From an uncultured Gammaproteobacteria bacterium (lineage in GTDB: Bacteria; Patescibacteriota; Patescibacteriia; Magasanikbacterales; GWA2-37-8): a stretch of DNA of 64,000 nt. Position 1 is the first letter of the stretch, and every line of letters starts with the position of its first letter. A model generated the notes under the pieces. The model saw only the letters and a list, made by a program, of their open reading frames with translations. It made no database searches and was not told the DNA's origin. The DNA is taken from NCBI GenBank assembly GCA_964533715.1, contig CAZHNI010000004.1, forward strand, positions 13,741 to 77,740, in the 5' to 3' direction. Below are positions 55,365 through 64,000 of the stretch, piece by piece. The translations under genes were made by a program, and so were the position numbers.

Positions 55365-56600
55365 ATGGGAGAAGGAAATCGCCCTGGTATGGAATTCATG
55401 ATGCCAAAACGTCATATTCCCGACATAGCGAAAGCTACTCTTTTGGCAACAACGCTCGCCGTAGGGGCAGATTGTGGTCCAACTGATGAAAAAAGAGAAG
55501 AAAGCCATTCCGGCGCTCATGAAAAAAAGACACGCCCCACAGAAAAGAAAAAGCCTGATGTCCCTGTAGAGAAAAAACCAGAAAAAAAAGATTCATCCAA
55601 GTCTCTCGAGAAAAAAGAAAAAAAATCAGAAAAATTGCCTGCCATTGAGTTGGGTGGAACAATATTGGGGAAAGAATTTTCCCACTCATTAGAACATATT
55701 TCAGAAACGCAAAATCTCACGACCGCTGATAAAAAAAGAGCGATCGCGCGCTGGAATGGAATTGTGGGTGAGGTAAGAACTAAATTACTGCATGATAAAT
55801 ATCATGCTAAAAGTTTTAAAGACAAAACCCCCAAAGAATTTTTTGATAAATGGCTCTCTTCAGAAATTGGCAAAGAAACTATTCGTCTATTAACAAAATA
55901 TTGCGATGGCCAAGACGGTCGCCCTGGTCCAGAATATCGCAACATGTTTTTGGCGTTAATTATTATTGAGAGTGATGGCAACCCCAATTTGGTGCAGCCT
56001 GGTTCGGGAGCAATTGGGTTGTCTCAGGCAATGCCAGAAGTGGCGGTGGATATTGGAATTATTCCAAGCCAAGGAGATAAAGATAAACTAAAAGATCCGG
56101 AAACCAATATCAAATATCTTATTAAATTATGGTGGAAAATGTACCATGAAGATGAACATCGTGGTTTTGGGTATGCCACTTCAATTGCCTATAATGAAGG
56201 TGAGGGTAATTTTAAGCATCAATTACGGGTAATTGGCGAGGATATTTTAAAAATAGGGCGTATTAATGACGATTCGGTGGTAAAAAAAGTTTTAGGAAGA
56301 ATGACACCTGCGCGATTATATCACATTTTTAAGACCCATAAATTTAGAAGCATGGTGCACCCGGAGAATGGCCCACGCAGTTATCTAGATAGTGCGCGGT
56401 ATGCAGTAAATATAGCAGTCATAGAGAGGCATCTTTCTCAGCGTCTCGCTCCCAAACCGGCTAAAAAGAAAAGTATTGCCCTACCCAAAAGTACGCCGAA
56501 AAAAATAATCCCTCATGAAGCTGCGCAAAATAAATTTACAAAACCAAATCCTGGCACTCGTCGCTCCGTTAAACCGGTTAATCGTTCGCGAGGTCGTTAG
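55365..56600 (+). CDS. lytic transglycosylase (SLT)-domain protein
   Basis: IIIESDGNP, GAIGLSQAMP, LKDPETNI, AYNEG; Lys-rich termini. Confidence 0.75.
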   Translation: MGEGNRPGMEFMMPKRHIPDIAKATLLATTLAVGADCGPTDEKREESHSGAHEKKTRPTEKKKPDVPVEKKPEKKDSSKSLEKKEKKSEKLPAIELGGTILGKEFSHSLEHISETQNLTTADKKRAIARWNGIVGEVRTKLLHDKYHAKSFKDKTPKEFFDKWLSSEIGKETIRLLTKYCDGQDGRPGPEYRNMFLALIIIESDGNPNLVQPGSGAIGLSQAMPEVAVDIGIIPSQGDKDKLKDPETNIKYLIKLWWKMYHEDEHRGFGYATSIAYNEGEGNFKHQLRVIGEDILKIGRINDDSVVKKVLGRMTPARLYHIFKTHKFRSMVHPENGPRSYLDSARYAVNIAVIERHLSQRLAPKPAKKKSIALPKSTPKKIIPHEAAQNKFTKPNPGTRRSVKPVNRSRGR

Positions 56601-56609
56601 TAGCATTAT

Positions 56610-57185
56610 ATGAAACAGATTGGTATTGGTTTAAGTGTTTTACTGTTTGTAGTTCTATCGGTCTGGGCTAGCCAAAATTTTTCTCCTCAGAAACAAAATT
56701 CTGGTACAAAATTTTCTGATAATATAACTACGACACCACGACAGATAGCACGGCGTTTAACCAAAACTAATACCATAACCATGCCAGCAGACAGTGTTTT
56801 GGTAAAAAGAGTTGTTGACGGCGACACTATTGAACTTGAGAGTGGAGAGAAAGTTCGCTATATTGGTATTAATACTCCGGAGACAGTCGATGCGCGCAAA
56901 CCAGTACAATGTTTTGGCAAAGAGGCCTCGGAATATAATAAAAATTTGGTAGAAGGGGAAGCAGTCAATTTAGTAAAAGATATTTCTAATGTCGATCGGT
57001 ATGGTCGTTTGCTCCGCTACGTGTATTTGAAGAATGGTATATTTGTAAATCTCAAATTGGTGCAGGAAGGATATGCGTATGCCGCAACTTTTCCTCCCGA
57101 TGTGCGCTATAGTCAATTATTTAAAAACGCTGCTGCGGAAGCAGAGAGCAACAAGCGCGGCCTCTGGGCAGCTTGTAAAAATTAA
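56610..57185 (+). CDS. thermonuclease (SNase) family protein
   Basis: RVVDGDT, VRYIGINTPE, DRYGRLLRYV, RGLW. Confidence 0.94.
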   Translation: MKQIGIGLSVLLFVVLSVWASQNFSPQKQNSGTKFSDNITTTPRQIARRLTKTNTITMPADSVLVKRVVDGDTIELESGEKVRYIGINTPETVDARKPVQCFGKEASEYNKNLVEGEAVNLVKDISNVDRYGRLLRYVYLKNGIFVNLKLVQEGYAYAATFPPDVRYSQLFKNAAAEAESNKRGLWAACKN

Positions 57186-57193
57186 TTATAATT

Positions 57194-57685
57194 ATGAAAA
57201 TTAATAAAACCAAAAAATACACTGCACTTCTAAAAACTTTGGCTGGGGATATTGTAATTGAACTTTCCGCCAGCAAGACCCCAATTACGGTAAATAATTT
57301 TGTGGAGTTGGCTCAGAAAAATTTTTATGATGACACTATTTTCCACCGTGTTATTAAGGGGTTCATGATTCAGGGCGGTGACCCACTTGGTAATGGCACG
57401 GGTGGACCTGGGTATCGCTTTGACGACGAGCCGTTTGATGGCGAATACACGCGCGGTACCTTGGCTATGGCCAATGCTGGCCCCAATACCAATGGAAGCC
57501 AATTTTTTATCATGCACGCAGATGTTGCGCTTCCAAAAAATTATGTTATTTTTGGTAAAGTGGTTAAAGGGCTTGAGGTAGTAGACGCAATTGCTAATGC
57601 ACCAGTTATGTACGGTGCGAGTGGCGAAGCCTCGCAGCCGGTGAGTCCGGTAACAGTACAGACAGTAGAAATAATTGAAGAATAA
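57194..57685 (+). CDS. cyclophilin-type peptidyl-prolyl isomerase
   Basis: FHRVIKGFMIQGGDP, LAMANAGPNTNGSQFFI. Confidence 0.96.
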   Translation: MKINKTKKYTALLKTLAGDIVIELSASKTPITVNNFVELAQKNFYDDTIFHRVIKGFMIQGGDPLGNGTGGPGYRFDDEPFDGEYTRGTLAMANAGPNTNGSQFFIMHADVALPKNYVIFGKVVKGLEVVDAIANAPVMYGASGEASQPVSPVTVQTVEIIEE

Positions 57686-57694
57686 TTTGTTAAC

Positions 57695-57731
57695 TGTCAT
57701 TTCACTGCGCTACGCTCCAGTCGGAATGACA
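57695..57731. repeat. minimal (37-bp) TGTCAT...ATGACA element
   Basis: tgtcatttcactgcgctacgctccagtcggaatgaca. Confidence 0.75.
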
Positions 57732-57746
57732 ATTAAAGTAATTTGT

Positions 57747-58457
57747 ATGGCTACTCTCGTTTTTGATATTGAAACAGTTGGTGAGGATTTTGATGCGCTT
57801 GATGCTACCACACAAAAAATGCTTACGCGTTGGCTTAAGCGCGAATCATATGATGATGAAGAGTATCAAACCGCTCTTCTTGATATAAAAAATGGTTTAG
57901 GTTTTTCTCCGCTTACCGGCGAAATTGTAGCCATTGGGGTGCTTGATGTCGAAAAAAATAAGGGGGCAGTATATTATCAAGCACCCGGGCAAACCAATCG
58001 GGATGAAGAAATTGATGGTGTTAGTTTTAAACAAAAAACCGAAAGTGAAATGCTTCAGAGTTTTTGGGAGGGGGCGAAGCAATATCAACATTTTGTAAGT
58101 TTTAACGGTCGTCAGTTTGATGTTCCATATTTAATGGTTCGTTCCGCCATTCACAAAATAAAACCAACTAAAAATTTGCTAGCAAATCGGTATCTTAATT
58201 ATCAGCGCGATGATGCCAAGCATATTGATTTACTCGATCAACTTAGTTTTTACGGTACGGTTAAACGAAAGGGGAGTCTCCATTTGTGGAGCAGGGCATT
58301 TAACATTAAAAGCCCCAAAGCGGATGGGGTAGACGGTGATGATGTGGCCGGGCTATTTAAAGCCAAAAAGTTTTTAGACATTGCCAAATATAATGTGGGG
58401 GATTTACGCGCCACGAAAGAACTTTTTGAATGTTGGAAAGAATATTTTGATATTTAA
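57747..58457 (+). CDS. DEDDy 3'-5' exonuclease (PolB-exonuclease-like, stand-alone)
   Basis: FDIET, SFNGRQFDVPYL, HIDL, YNVGD; ATG 57747. Confidence 0.85.
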   Translation: MATLVFDIETVGEDFDALDATTQKMLTRWLKRESYDDEEYQTALLDIKNGLGFSPLTGEIVAIGVLDVEKNKGAVYYQAPGQTNRDEEIDGVSFKQKTESEMLQSFWEGAKQYQHFVSFNGRQFDVPYLMVRSAIHKIKPTKNLLANRYLNYQRDDAKHIDLLDQLSFYGTVKRKGSLHLWSRAFNIKSPKADGVDGDDVAGLFKAKKFLDIAKYNVGDLRATKELFECWKEYFDI

Positions 58458-58459
58458 TC

Positions 58460-59029
58460 ATGTTTAATACAAGCGACACAAAAATGTTGTTGGCATTGGC
58501 TCGTCAATCCATTGAGCATTTTTTGACAACCGGTACAAAATTGAGTGTAAATGCAAAATCAATTCCAAAAAATTTGCTAGAGAAACGCGCTTCTTTTGTT
58601 ACTCTTACCAAAGATTTTGAATTGCGCGGTTGTGTTGGTCATCTTACAGCAATACAGCCTTTGTATTTAGATATTACGGAGAACGCCTACTCGGCGGCCT
58701 TTGAAGATGATCGGTTTTTGCCGCTCACCAAAGAAGAATTACCTCAGGTAGTTATTGAAATTTCAATTTTAACTCCGCCTCGGCCGCTTGCGTTTTTATC
58801 TTCTCAAGAATTACTTAATAAATTAACTATTGGTGTGGATGGAGTAATTATTTCGCGAGGAGGAAAAAGTGCCACATATTTACCACAAGTATGGGATGAG
58901 ATTTTAGATAAAAAAGATTTTCTCTCATCGCTCTGCCTTAAGGCTGGCTTACCACCCAATGATTGGCAAAAACCAGGAATCAAAATCAGCACATATCAAG
59001 TAGAAATTATTCAAGAAACGACAATATAG
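58460..59029 (+). CDS. AMMECR1-domain protein (AmmeMemoRadiSam protein A)
   Basis: FVTL...LRGCVG, AAFEDDRF, EISILT, ATYLPQVW, LCLKAG. Confidence 0.92.
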   Translation: MFNTSDTKMLLALARQSIEHFLTTGTKLSVNAKSIPKNLLEKRASFVTLTKDFELRGCVGHLTAIQPLYLDITENAYSAAFEDDRFLPLTKEELPQVVIEISILTPPRPLAFLSSQELLNKLTIGVDGVIISRGGKSATYLPQVWDEILDKKDFLSSLCLKAGLPPNDWQKPGIKISTYQVEIIQETTI

Positions 59030-59095
59030 CAACTTAACAAAATGCAGTCATTCCGTTGTGTTGAACTACATCACCATGTATTGTATACTATAGGT

Positions 59096-61207
59096 ATGGA
59101 AGAACCAGCCAAACCAATTCAAGCACCAGAAATAAGAGTTGACCCTGATATCAACTTTTTTGGCGTTACCAACTATCGTAATCAAAACCGTAAATTTGGC
59201 ATTAAAATTGATGATCGTCGTCGGCACATGTATGTGGTAGGTAAAACCGGCATGGGCAAAACCACTATTTTGGAAAATATGGTGCTTAATGATATTTATG
59301 CCGGCCACGGTGTTGGTGTAGTTGACCCTCATGGTGATTTTGCCGAAAAAATTATTAACTATATACCATCTAATCGTATAAATGACGTGGTGTATTTTAA
59401 CCCATCCGATTTGGACTACCCAATTGGGTTCAATATTTTAGAGACAATTCGTCCAGAGCAAAAACATTTGGTAGCCTCTGGCCTTATGAACGTCTTTAAA
59501 AAAATCTGGCCCGATGTGTGGAGCGCACGCATGGAGTATATTTTAAACAATACCATTTTGGCACTGTTGGATTTTCCAGGTACAACGCTCCTGGGTATCA
59601 ATCGCATGTTGGCCGATGAAGAATATCGTAAACGCGTAGTTAATAATACGCAAGATCCAGTAGTTAAAGCCTATTGGCAAACAGAATTTGCCAATTATAG
59701 TGATAAATTTCGTTCCGAAGCAGTCTCTCCAATTCAAAATAAAATTGGTCAATTTTTATCAGCTTCAGTTATTCGTAATATTGTGGCGCAAGTTAAATCG
59801 CGAATTAACATTCGCGAAATAATGGATCAAAAGAAAATTTTTGTAATGAATTTGTCAAAAGGTAGAATCGGTGAGGATAACTCTCGTCTTTTGGGTGGTA
59901 TGCTGGTAACAAAAATTCAACTCTCAGCTATGGAGCGGGTAGATATTCCCGAATCGACTCGTAAAGATTTTTTCTTGTATGTTGATGAGTTTCAAAATTT
60001 CGCTACTGAAAGTTTTGCCAATATTTTGTCCGAAGCGCGCAAATATCGCCTCGATTTAATTATGGCTCACCAGTACATGGAACAATTGGACGAAACCGTA
60101 CTGGCCGCTGTTATTGGTAACGTGGGTACTATGGTAACTTTTCGGGTTGGTTCAACCGATGCCGAAATTTTGGCCAAAGAATTTGCCCCCACTTTTGTAG
60201 AAGAAGACCTGGTTAATTTGCCCAAATACCACACCTATCTTAAACTCATGATTGACGGTGTAGCGTCACGCCCTTTTAGCGCATTGACGTTGCCACCAAT
60301 TGGGTCGCCAACCAGTAGCGCCGAAAAGGTAATTCGTGTTTCACGTGAGCGATACGCTGTACCGCGCGATAAAATTGAAGATAAAATTGCTCGCTGGAGT
60401 GGAATGGTAATAATGACCGATGAACAATCGGCTATGCTTGATGTAGATGAAGAAGAAGCAGCGTTTAAAAATGCTATGCCTTCAATTTCTGGGGCACCTA
60501 AAAAATCAGAACCACCTGCCGCAGCGTCCCTTCAACCGGTGGTTCGTCGCTCCGAAACGCAGCCATCACCAAAGACTGCACTACCACGCGAATCTCCTCG
60601 ACAAAATCCACCACAAAATAATAGCCAACCACCGACAGTGCGGCCAGCAAGTCCTTCTGTTTCGCCAGCTTCACGCCCTCAGTCTTCGCCAGTACAAATG
60701 CAACGACAACCGCAAACAATGGGTAGCTGGTCGTCATCGAGTAACCAACAAAATCCAGATGGGCCACGCAAAAGAAAACGAAAACGCGGTGGTAAAAATC
60801 GAGGTTCTAGCGGTCAGCCTGGCCAGGAAGGTCAAGAAGTTCTTTTGGTTGATCCAACACAGCGCGGCATTTCGTTGAATTCCATGCTTAATAGTAGAGA
60901 ACAAAGTCAAAGACAACCTTCAGAAAACAAACCGCAAGAATCTCGCCAATCAGAGTCTGCGCAGTTCATGCCCCAAGAATCTTCTTTAAAACAACCTGAG
61001 CCTCCGCCGCTTGATCTTGGTTTTTTGCCTATTGATATTCCTACACCACCTCCGCCGCCTCAAAGCCCAGCGAAGAATGAGCCACAACAGTCTGTATCAC
61101 CGCCACGGGTACAAGCCGAACCAGTACCTGCCCCAGCCCCACAGCCAAATTCACCAACTCCTCTTAAAATAGTTGAACCAGGAAAAATTGTTAAAATTGA
61201 TGATTAA
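59096..61207 (+). CDS. DUF87/HerA-VirB4/TraG-like ATPase with long Pro/Gln/Ser-rich tail
   Basis: RHMYVVGKTGMGKTT, VDPHGD, YVDEFQNF, LSEARKY, AHQY; ATG 59096 follows TTGAAC-17-TATACT. Confidence 0.85.
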   Translation: MEEPAKPIQAPEIRVDPDINFFGVTNYRNQNRKFGIKIDDRRRHMYVVGKTGMGKTTILENMVLNDIYAGHGVGVVDPHGDFAEKIINYIPSNRINDVVYFNPSDLDYPIGFNILETIRPEQKHLVASGLMNVFKKIWPDVWSARMEYILNNTILALLDFPGTTLLGINRMLADEEYRKRVVNNTQDPVVKAYWQTEFANYSDKFRSEAVSPIQNKIGQFLSASVIRNIVAQVKSRINIREIMDQKKIFVMNLSKGRIGEDNSRLLGGMLVTKIQLSAMERVDIPESTRKDFFLYVDEFQNFATESFANILSEARKYRLDLIMAHQYMEQLDETVLAAVIGNVGTMVTFRVGSTDAEILAKEFAPTFVEEDLVNLPKYHTYLKLMIDGVASRPFSALTLPPIGSPTSSAEKVIRVSRERYAVPRDKIEDKIARWSGMVIMTDEQSAMLDVDEEEAAFKNAMPSISGAPKKSEPPAAASLQPVVRRSETQPSPKTALPRESPRQNPPQNNSQPPTVRPASPSVSPASRPQSSPVQMQRQPQTMGSWSSSSNQQNPDGPRKRKRKRGGKNRGSSGQPGQEGQEVLLVDPTQRGISLNSMLNSREQSQRQPSENKPQESRQSESAQFMPQESSLKQPEPPPLDLGFLPIDIPTPPPPPQSPAKNEPQQSVSPPRVQAEPVPAPAPQPNSPTPLKIVEPGKIVKIDD

Positions 61208-61332
61208 AATTGTTAAAGTTAGATTGAAAAAGGTAGCATTGTAAATGTTGTCTTTCCAGTCTACTAGCTTAATTGACGTAGTGAGTTGGATCACACGAAA
61301 AGTGTAAAAAATTTTCCGACAGGTTGTAAATT

Positions 61333-62403
61333 ATGGAAAAAATTCAAATAATTTTCACTCGTGACTTTGATCAATGGATACAAGAAATGATTCGTAATTC
61401 TCTTGTTGTTGGGGTCAAGACAATTTGGGGAATTAGTTTTTCTGATCAGATTGTTCATTTTAATGGTAAAACTTTTACTTGGTACCGTTATGATGATGAT
61501 ATGCTCAGAGTTAAAAATTTTTTAATCAGCCATCCGCTAGATGAATATATTTTTAGTGAACAAAGTCAGAAAATATTTTTAGAACGAGTTGCTGAATTAA
61601 GAACAATGAGTAGCGTGCCTCCTCGTAGCATTCTTAATAATTCCGAATATTTACAAAAAATTACAGACCTTTTCGTTAAAATGTACCCATACTATCCATT
61701 GGGTATTTTTATTCCAGGCCATTGGCGACAAGAATTTTTGCAGCTTCATGGTAAGGATGGAGAAAAAATACTGAAGAGACTTTATAATAGCCGTACACGC
61801 AGCGAGGGACTCCTTAAAGAAGTTGGAAATTTTTTAAGAGCCTGGCTTTCACCTGCCTTAGAACAGCATAGTTATTTAACTGAATATGTTAGACTCCTGA
61901 CCGTGGGAGAAATTAAAAATTTAGTAGAAAATAATTTGTTACCAGAACGAAACGTTTTAGAAGAAAGAGGCAAAGGTTACGTTTATTTTGATAATGAAAT
62001 TTTTCCAATAACTAACTTTGAAGAATTTTTAGAACAGCACAATTTGTTTTTACCCAACAATTTATCTAGTGATGAGAGTGGTTTTTGTAAAGGCACGGTG
62101 GCCTACCCTTTTTCTGGTCTACTGGAAGGCAAGGTGCAACTCATGTATAATTCTTACGATGTTAACGGTTTTAAACCAGGCTCTATATTAGTGACTCCAA
62201 TGACATCGCCTGAATATTTACCAGCCATGAAAAAAGCTAAAGCTATTATTACCGATGAAGGAGGTCTAACCTGCCATGCCGCTATTGTGTCGCGAGAATT
62301 GGGCGTTCCCTGTATTATTGGCACCAAGATTGCCACACAGGTTTTAAAAGACGGTGATATGGTAGAAGTTGATGCAGAGAAGGGGATAGTAAGAAAAATT
62401 TAA
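61333..62403 (+). CDS. protein with C-terminal PEP-utilising swivelling phospho-His domain
   Basis: ILVTPMTSP, ITDEGGLTCHAAIVSRELGVPCIIG, VDAEKG. Confidence 0.88.
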   Translation: MEKIQIIFTRDFDQWIQEMIRNSLVVGVKTIWGISFSDQIVHFNGKTFTWYRYDDDMLRVKNFLISHPLDEYIFSEQSQKIFLERVAELRTMSSVPPRSILNNSEYLQKITDLFVKMYPYYPLGIFIPGHWRQEFLQLHGKDGEKILKRLYNSRTRSEGLLKEVGNFLRAWLSPALEQHSYLTEYVRLLTVGEIKNLVENNLLPERNVLEERGKGYVYFDNEIFPITNFEEFLEQHNLFLPNNLSSDESGFCKGTVAYPFSGLLEGKVQLMYNSYDVNGFKPGSILVTPMTSPEYLPAMKKAKAIITDEGGLTCHAAIVSRELGVPCIIGTKIATQVLKDGDMVEVDAEKGIVRKI

Positions 62404-62404
62404 T

Positions 62405-63490
62405 ATGTCACACCTCAAATTTTTTAAAGATATTACCAAATCAAGTGTCGCCGAAGCCGGAGGTAAAGGTGCCTCACTTGGTGAAATGACTAACGCCGGC
62501 ATCCCAGTGCCGCCTGGTTTTGTAGTTGTAGCCAACGCCTTTGATAGATTTGTGGAAGAGACACTGCTTAAGGAAGAAATTGCGGCACGGCTTAAAGAAG
62601 TAAATCCCGCCGATATCAATACCGTAGATCGCGCCAGCAATGTTATTCGCGATTCTATTAATGACCGCCCCATGCCCAAGGATTTAGAAGATGAAATTCT
62701 TAAGGCGTTTGATGAGTTGCAAGACCTCTCCCTACCCGCTCCTTTGCAAAGGAGAGGGGGCGGCGGCGATTCTTTCTCGCCTCCGCAGAGGAGAGAACGG
62801 GAAGAGAGGTCTGGAAATTTTTTTGTAGCCGTCCGCTCCAGTGCCACTGCGGAAGATTCGTCCGTTGCCAGTTGGGCAGGGGAGTTAGAAACGTACCTTA
62901 ACACCACGCGCGAAAATGTGCTTGAGCGTGTTAAAAAGTGTTGGTCATCTTTATTTACGCCGCGTGCTATTTTTTATCGTCATGAAAAAAATTTAGCTAA
63001 TACGCACGTTTCGGTTGCAGTAGTTATTCAAAAAATGGTACAATCAGAAATCTCGGGCATTGCATTTACCGTCCACCCCGTTACCGAAGATTATGACCAA
63101 ATGATTATTGAGGCTGGCCTCGGCCTTGGTGAAGCAATTGTAAGTGGCCAGGTTACGCCCGATAGTTATGTGGTAAGTAAAAAAGAAATGAGCATACTTG
63201 ATATAAGCGTAAACATACAAACCAAGATGTTGGTTAAGTCAAAAAAGCAACATACCAGTGGAGTAATAAAACAAGTGGTGGCTGAAGACGGTATATCAAA
63301 TGAATGGATTGAATTAAGTGAGACTGAAGGGGGTAAACAAAAACTCACCGGCAAACAAATTATTGAAGCCGCCCAAATTTTTTTGCATATTGAAAAACAT
63401 TATGGTTTTCCGTGCGATATTGAATGGGCATTTGCGGATGGAAAATTTTATATTACGCAGAGCAGGCCGATAACGACACTTAAAAAATAA
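62405..63490 (+). CDS. PEP synthase/PPDK N-terminal ATP-grasp domain protein
   Basis: GGKGASLGEM, VPPGF, VAVRSSATAED, GLGEAIVSG, DIEWA, QSRPIT. Confidence 0.9.
   Translation: MSHLKFFKDITKSSVAEAGGKGASLGEMTNAGIPVPPGFVVVANAFDRFVEETLLKEEIAARLKEVNPADINTVDRASNVIRDSINDRPMPKDLEDEILKAFDELQDLSLPAPLQRRGGGGDSFSPPQRREREERSGNFFVAVRSSATAEDSSVASWAGELETYLNTTRENVLERVKKCWSSLFTPRAIFYRHEKNLANTHVSVAVVIQKMVQSEISGIAFTVHPVTEDYDQMIIEAGLGLGEAIVSGQVTPDSYVVSKKEMSILDISVNIQTKMLVKSKKQHTSGVIKQVVAEDGISNEWIELSETEGGKQKLTGKQIIEAAQIFLHIEKHYGFPCDIEWAFADGKFYITQSRPITTLKK
62722..62812. repeat. GC-rich palindromic insert in frame in the ATP-grasp gene
   Basis: agacctctc...gagaggtct termini, internal ctcctttgcaaaggag hairpin; encodes DLSLPAPLQRRGGGGDSFSPPQRREREERS. 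Confidence 0.8.
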
Positions 63491-63491
63491 T

Positions 63492-63632
63492 TGTCATTTC
63501 GAACGAATGTGAGAAATCCCTGTCTGCGCCATGCCTGCGCATGCAGGAGGCAGGTCTGTTTCACTCAACGGACACTCATCACTATTGTGACAGAGATTCC
63601 TCGTCGGCTGCCAAGCCTCGCTCGGAATGACA
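63492..63632. repeat. TGTCAT...ATGACA element, gene-less copy with nested 36-bp palindrome (63519-63554)
   Basis: first 27 nt identical to 3442-3468; ends agcctcgctcggaatgaca as at 3814-3832. Confidence 0.92.
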
Positions 63633-63644
63633 GTATGTGAGACT

Positions 63645-64000
63645 ATGAATCCAGTATTAGCATTAATTCTCGCCAACAGTATTTGGGGTGCCGGGCCACC
63701 AATTTTTAAATTAGCCCTAACTAACATTCCACCCTTTACGTTGGCGTTTATTCGGTTTTTTTTAGCCGCAATTATTTTTTTACCTATTGCCTTGCGCCAA
63801 CCGCTTCGAGCGCTTAATTTTAAAGATTGGGCGGCCATTGTAGTAGGTTCATTTTTTGGTGTCACTGTTAATATTGGTGCTTATTTTTTGGGGCTTGAGC
63901 GCGCTGAAAGTATCAATGCTTCGGTTATTGCATCAAGTGCGCCAGTATTTGTTTTCTTTTTATCCATTCTTTTTTTACACGAAAAAGCACGTCTGCGCAC
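63645..64000 (+). CDS. EamA/DMT family transporter (runs off window)
   Basis: hand-translated MNPVLALILANSIWGAGPPIFKLAL...PPFTLAFIRF...FLGL...NASVI...FLHEK. Confidence 0.88.
   Translation, partial: MNPVLALILANSIWGAGPPIFKLALTNIPPFTLAFIRFFLAAIIFLPIALRQPLRALNFKDWAAIVVGSFFGVTVNIGAYFLGLERAESINASVIASSAPVFVFFLSILFLHEKARLR

Noticed and set aside
59046-59055. gtcattccg as another repeat copy
   Set aside because: Only ~9 nt match, with no partner arm or internal hairpin.
55365-61207. Prophage or conjugative element (SLT, nuclease, VirB4-like ATPase)
   Set aside because: No integrase, relaxase, structural or other T4SS genes; interspersed with housekeeping-type genes.
2582-63632. Dispersed palindromic repeats as a CRISPR array or integron attC sites
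   Set aside because: They are not tandem with regular spacers, no cas or integrase gene is in the window, and they lack RYYYAAC/GTTRRRY ends.

Overview
Bacterial chromosomal segment, genetic code 11, AT-rich and gene-dense. Gene content suggests Patescibacteria/CPR (Parcubacteria-like): T2SS-G-like pilin, ECF sigma with DUF5667/DUF5666-type neighbours, membrane-anchored Clp ATPase, DUF87/VirB4-like ATPase and a split PEP-synthase-like pair. This taxonomy is inferred, not tested. The backbone is housekeeping: a heat-shock operon with a variant CIRCE (hrcA, NUDIX-grpE fusion, hsp20, dnaK, dnaJ) interrupted by yhhQ-queF and orphans; then rnhA, murA, ctpA, era, rplI, pyrG, a surface-glycosylation cluster, recJ, lepA, murJ, mraZ-rsmH-ftsL, rplU, recR, ybaB and dnaB. 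The most striking signal is a set of small palindromic elements tied to small stand-alone nuclease genes, with no transposase in the window. (1) A GIY-YIG gene sits inside a TGTCAT...ATGACA inverted-repeat element that has 8 further gene-less or partial copies, two of them translated in frame inside rsmH and a beta-CASP nuclease gene. (2) An 18/36-bp CCTGCC...GGCAGG palindrome is nested at different positions inside three of those copies. (3) A GxxExxY gene with 33-bp terminal inverted repeats lies between the MraZ operator and mraZ. (4) Further families include 7/8-nt-period hairpins, a GC-rich hairpin inside the PEP-synthase-like gene, and a CCTTC...GGCAAG motif at a dead duplicate of the dnaK start. 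No rRNA, tRNA or CRISPR array was seen. All assignments come from motif recognition by eye; no searches were run.
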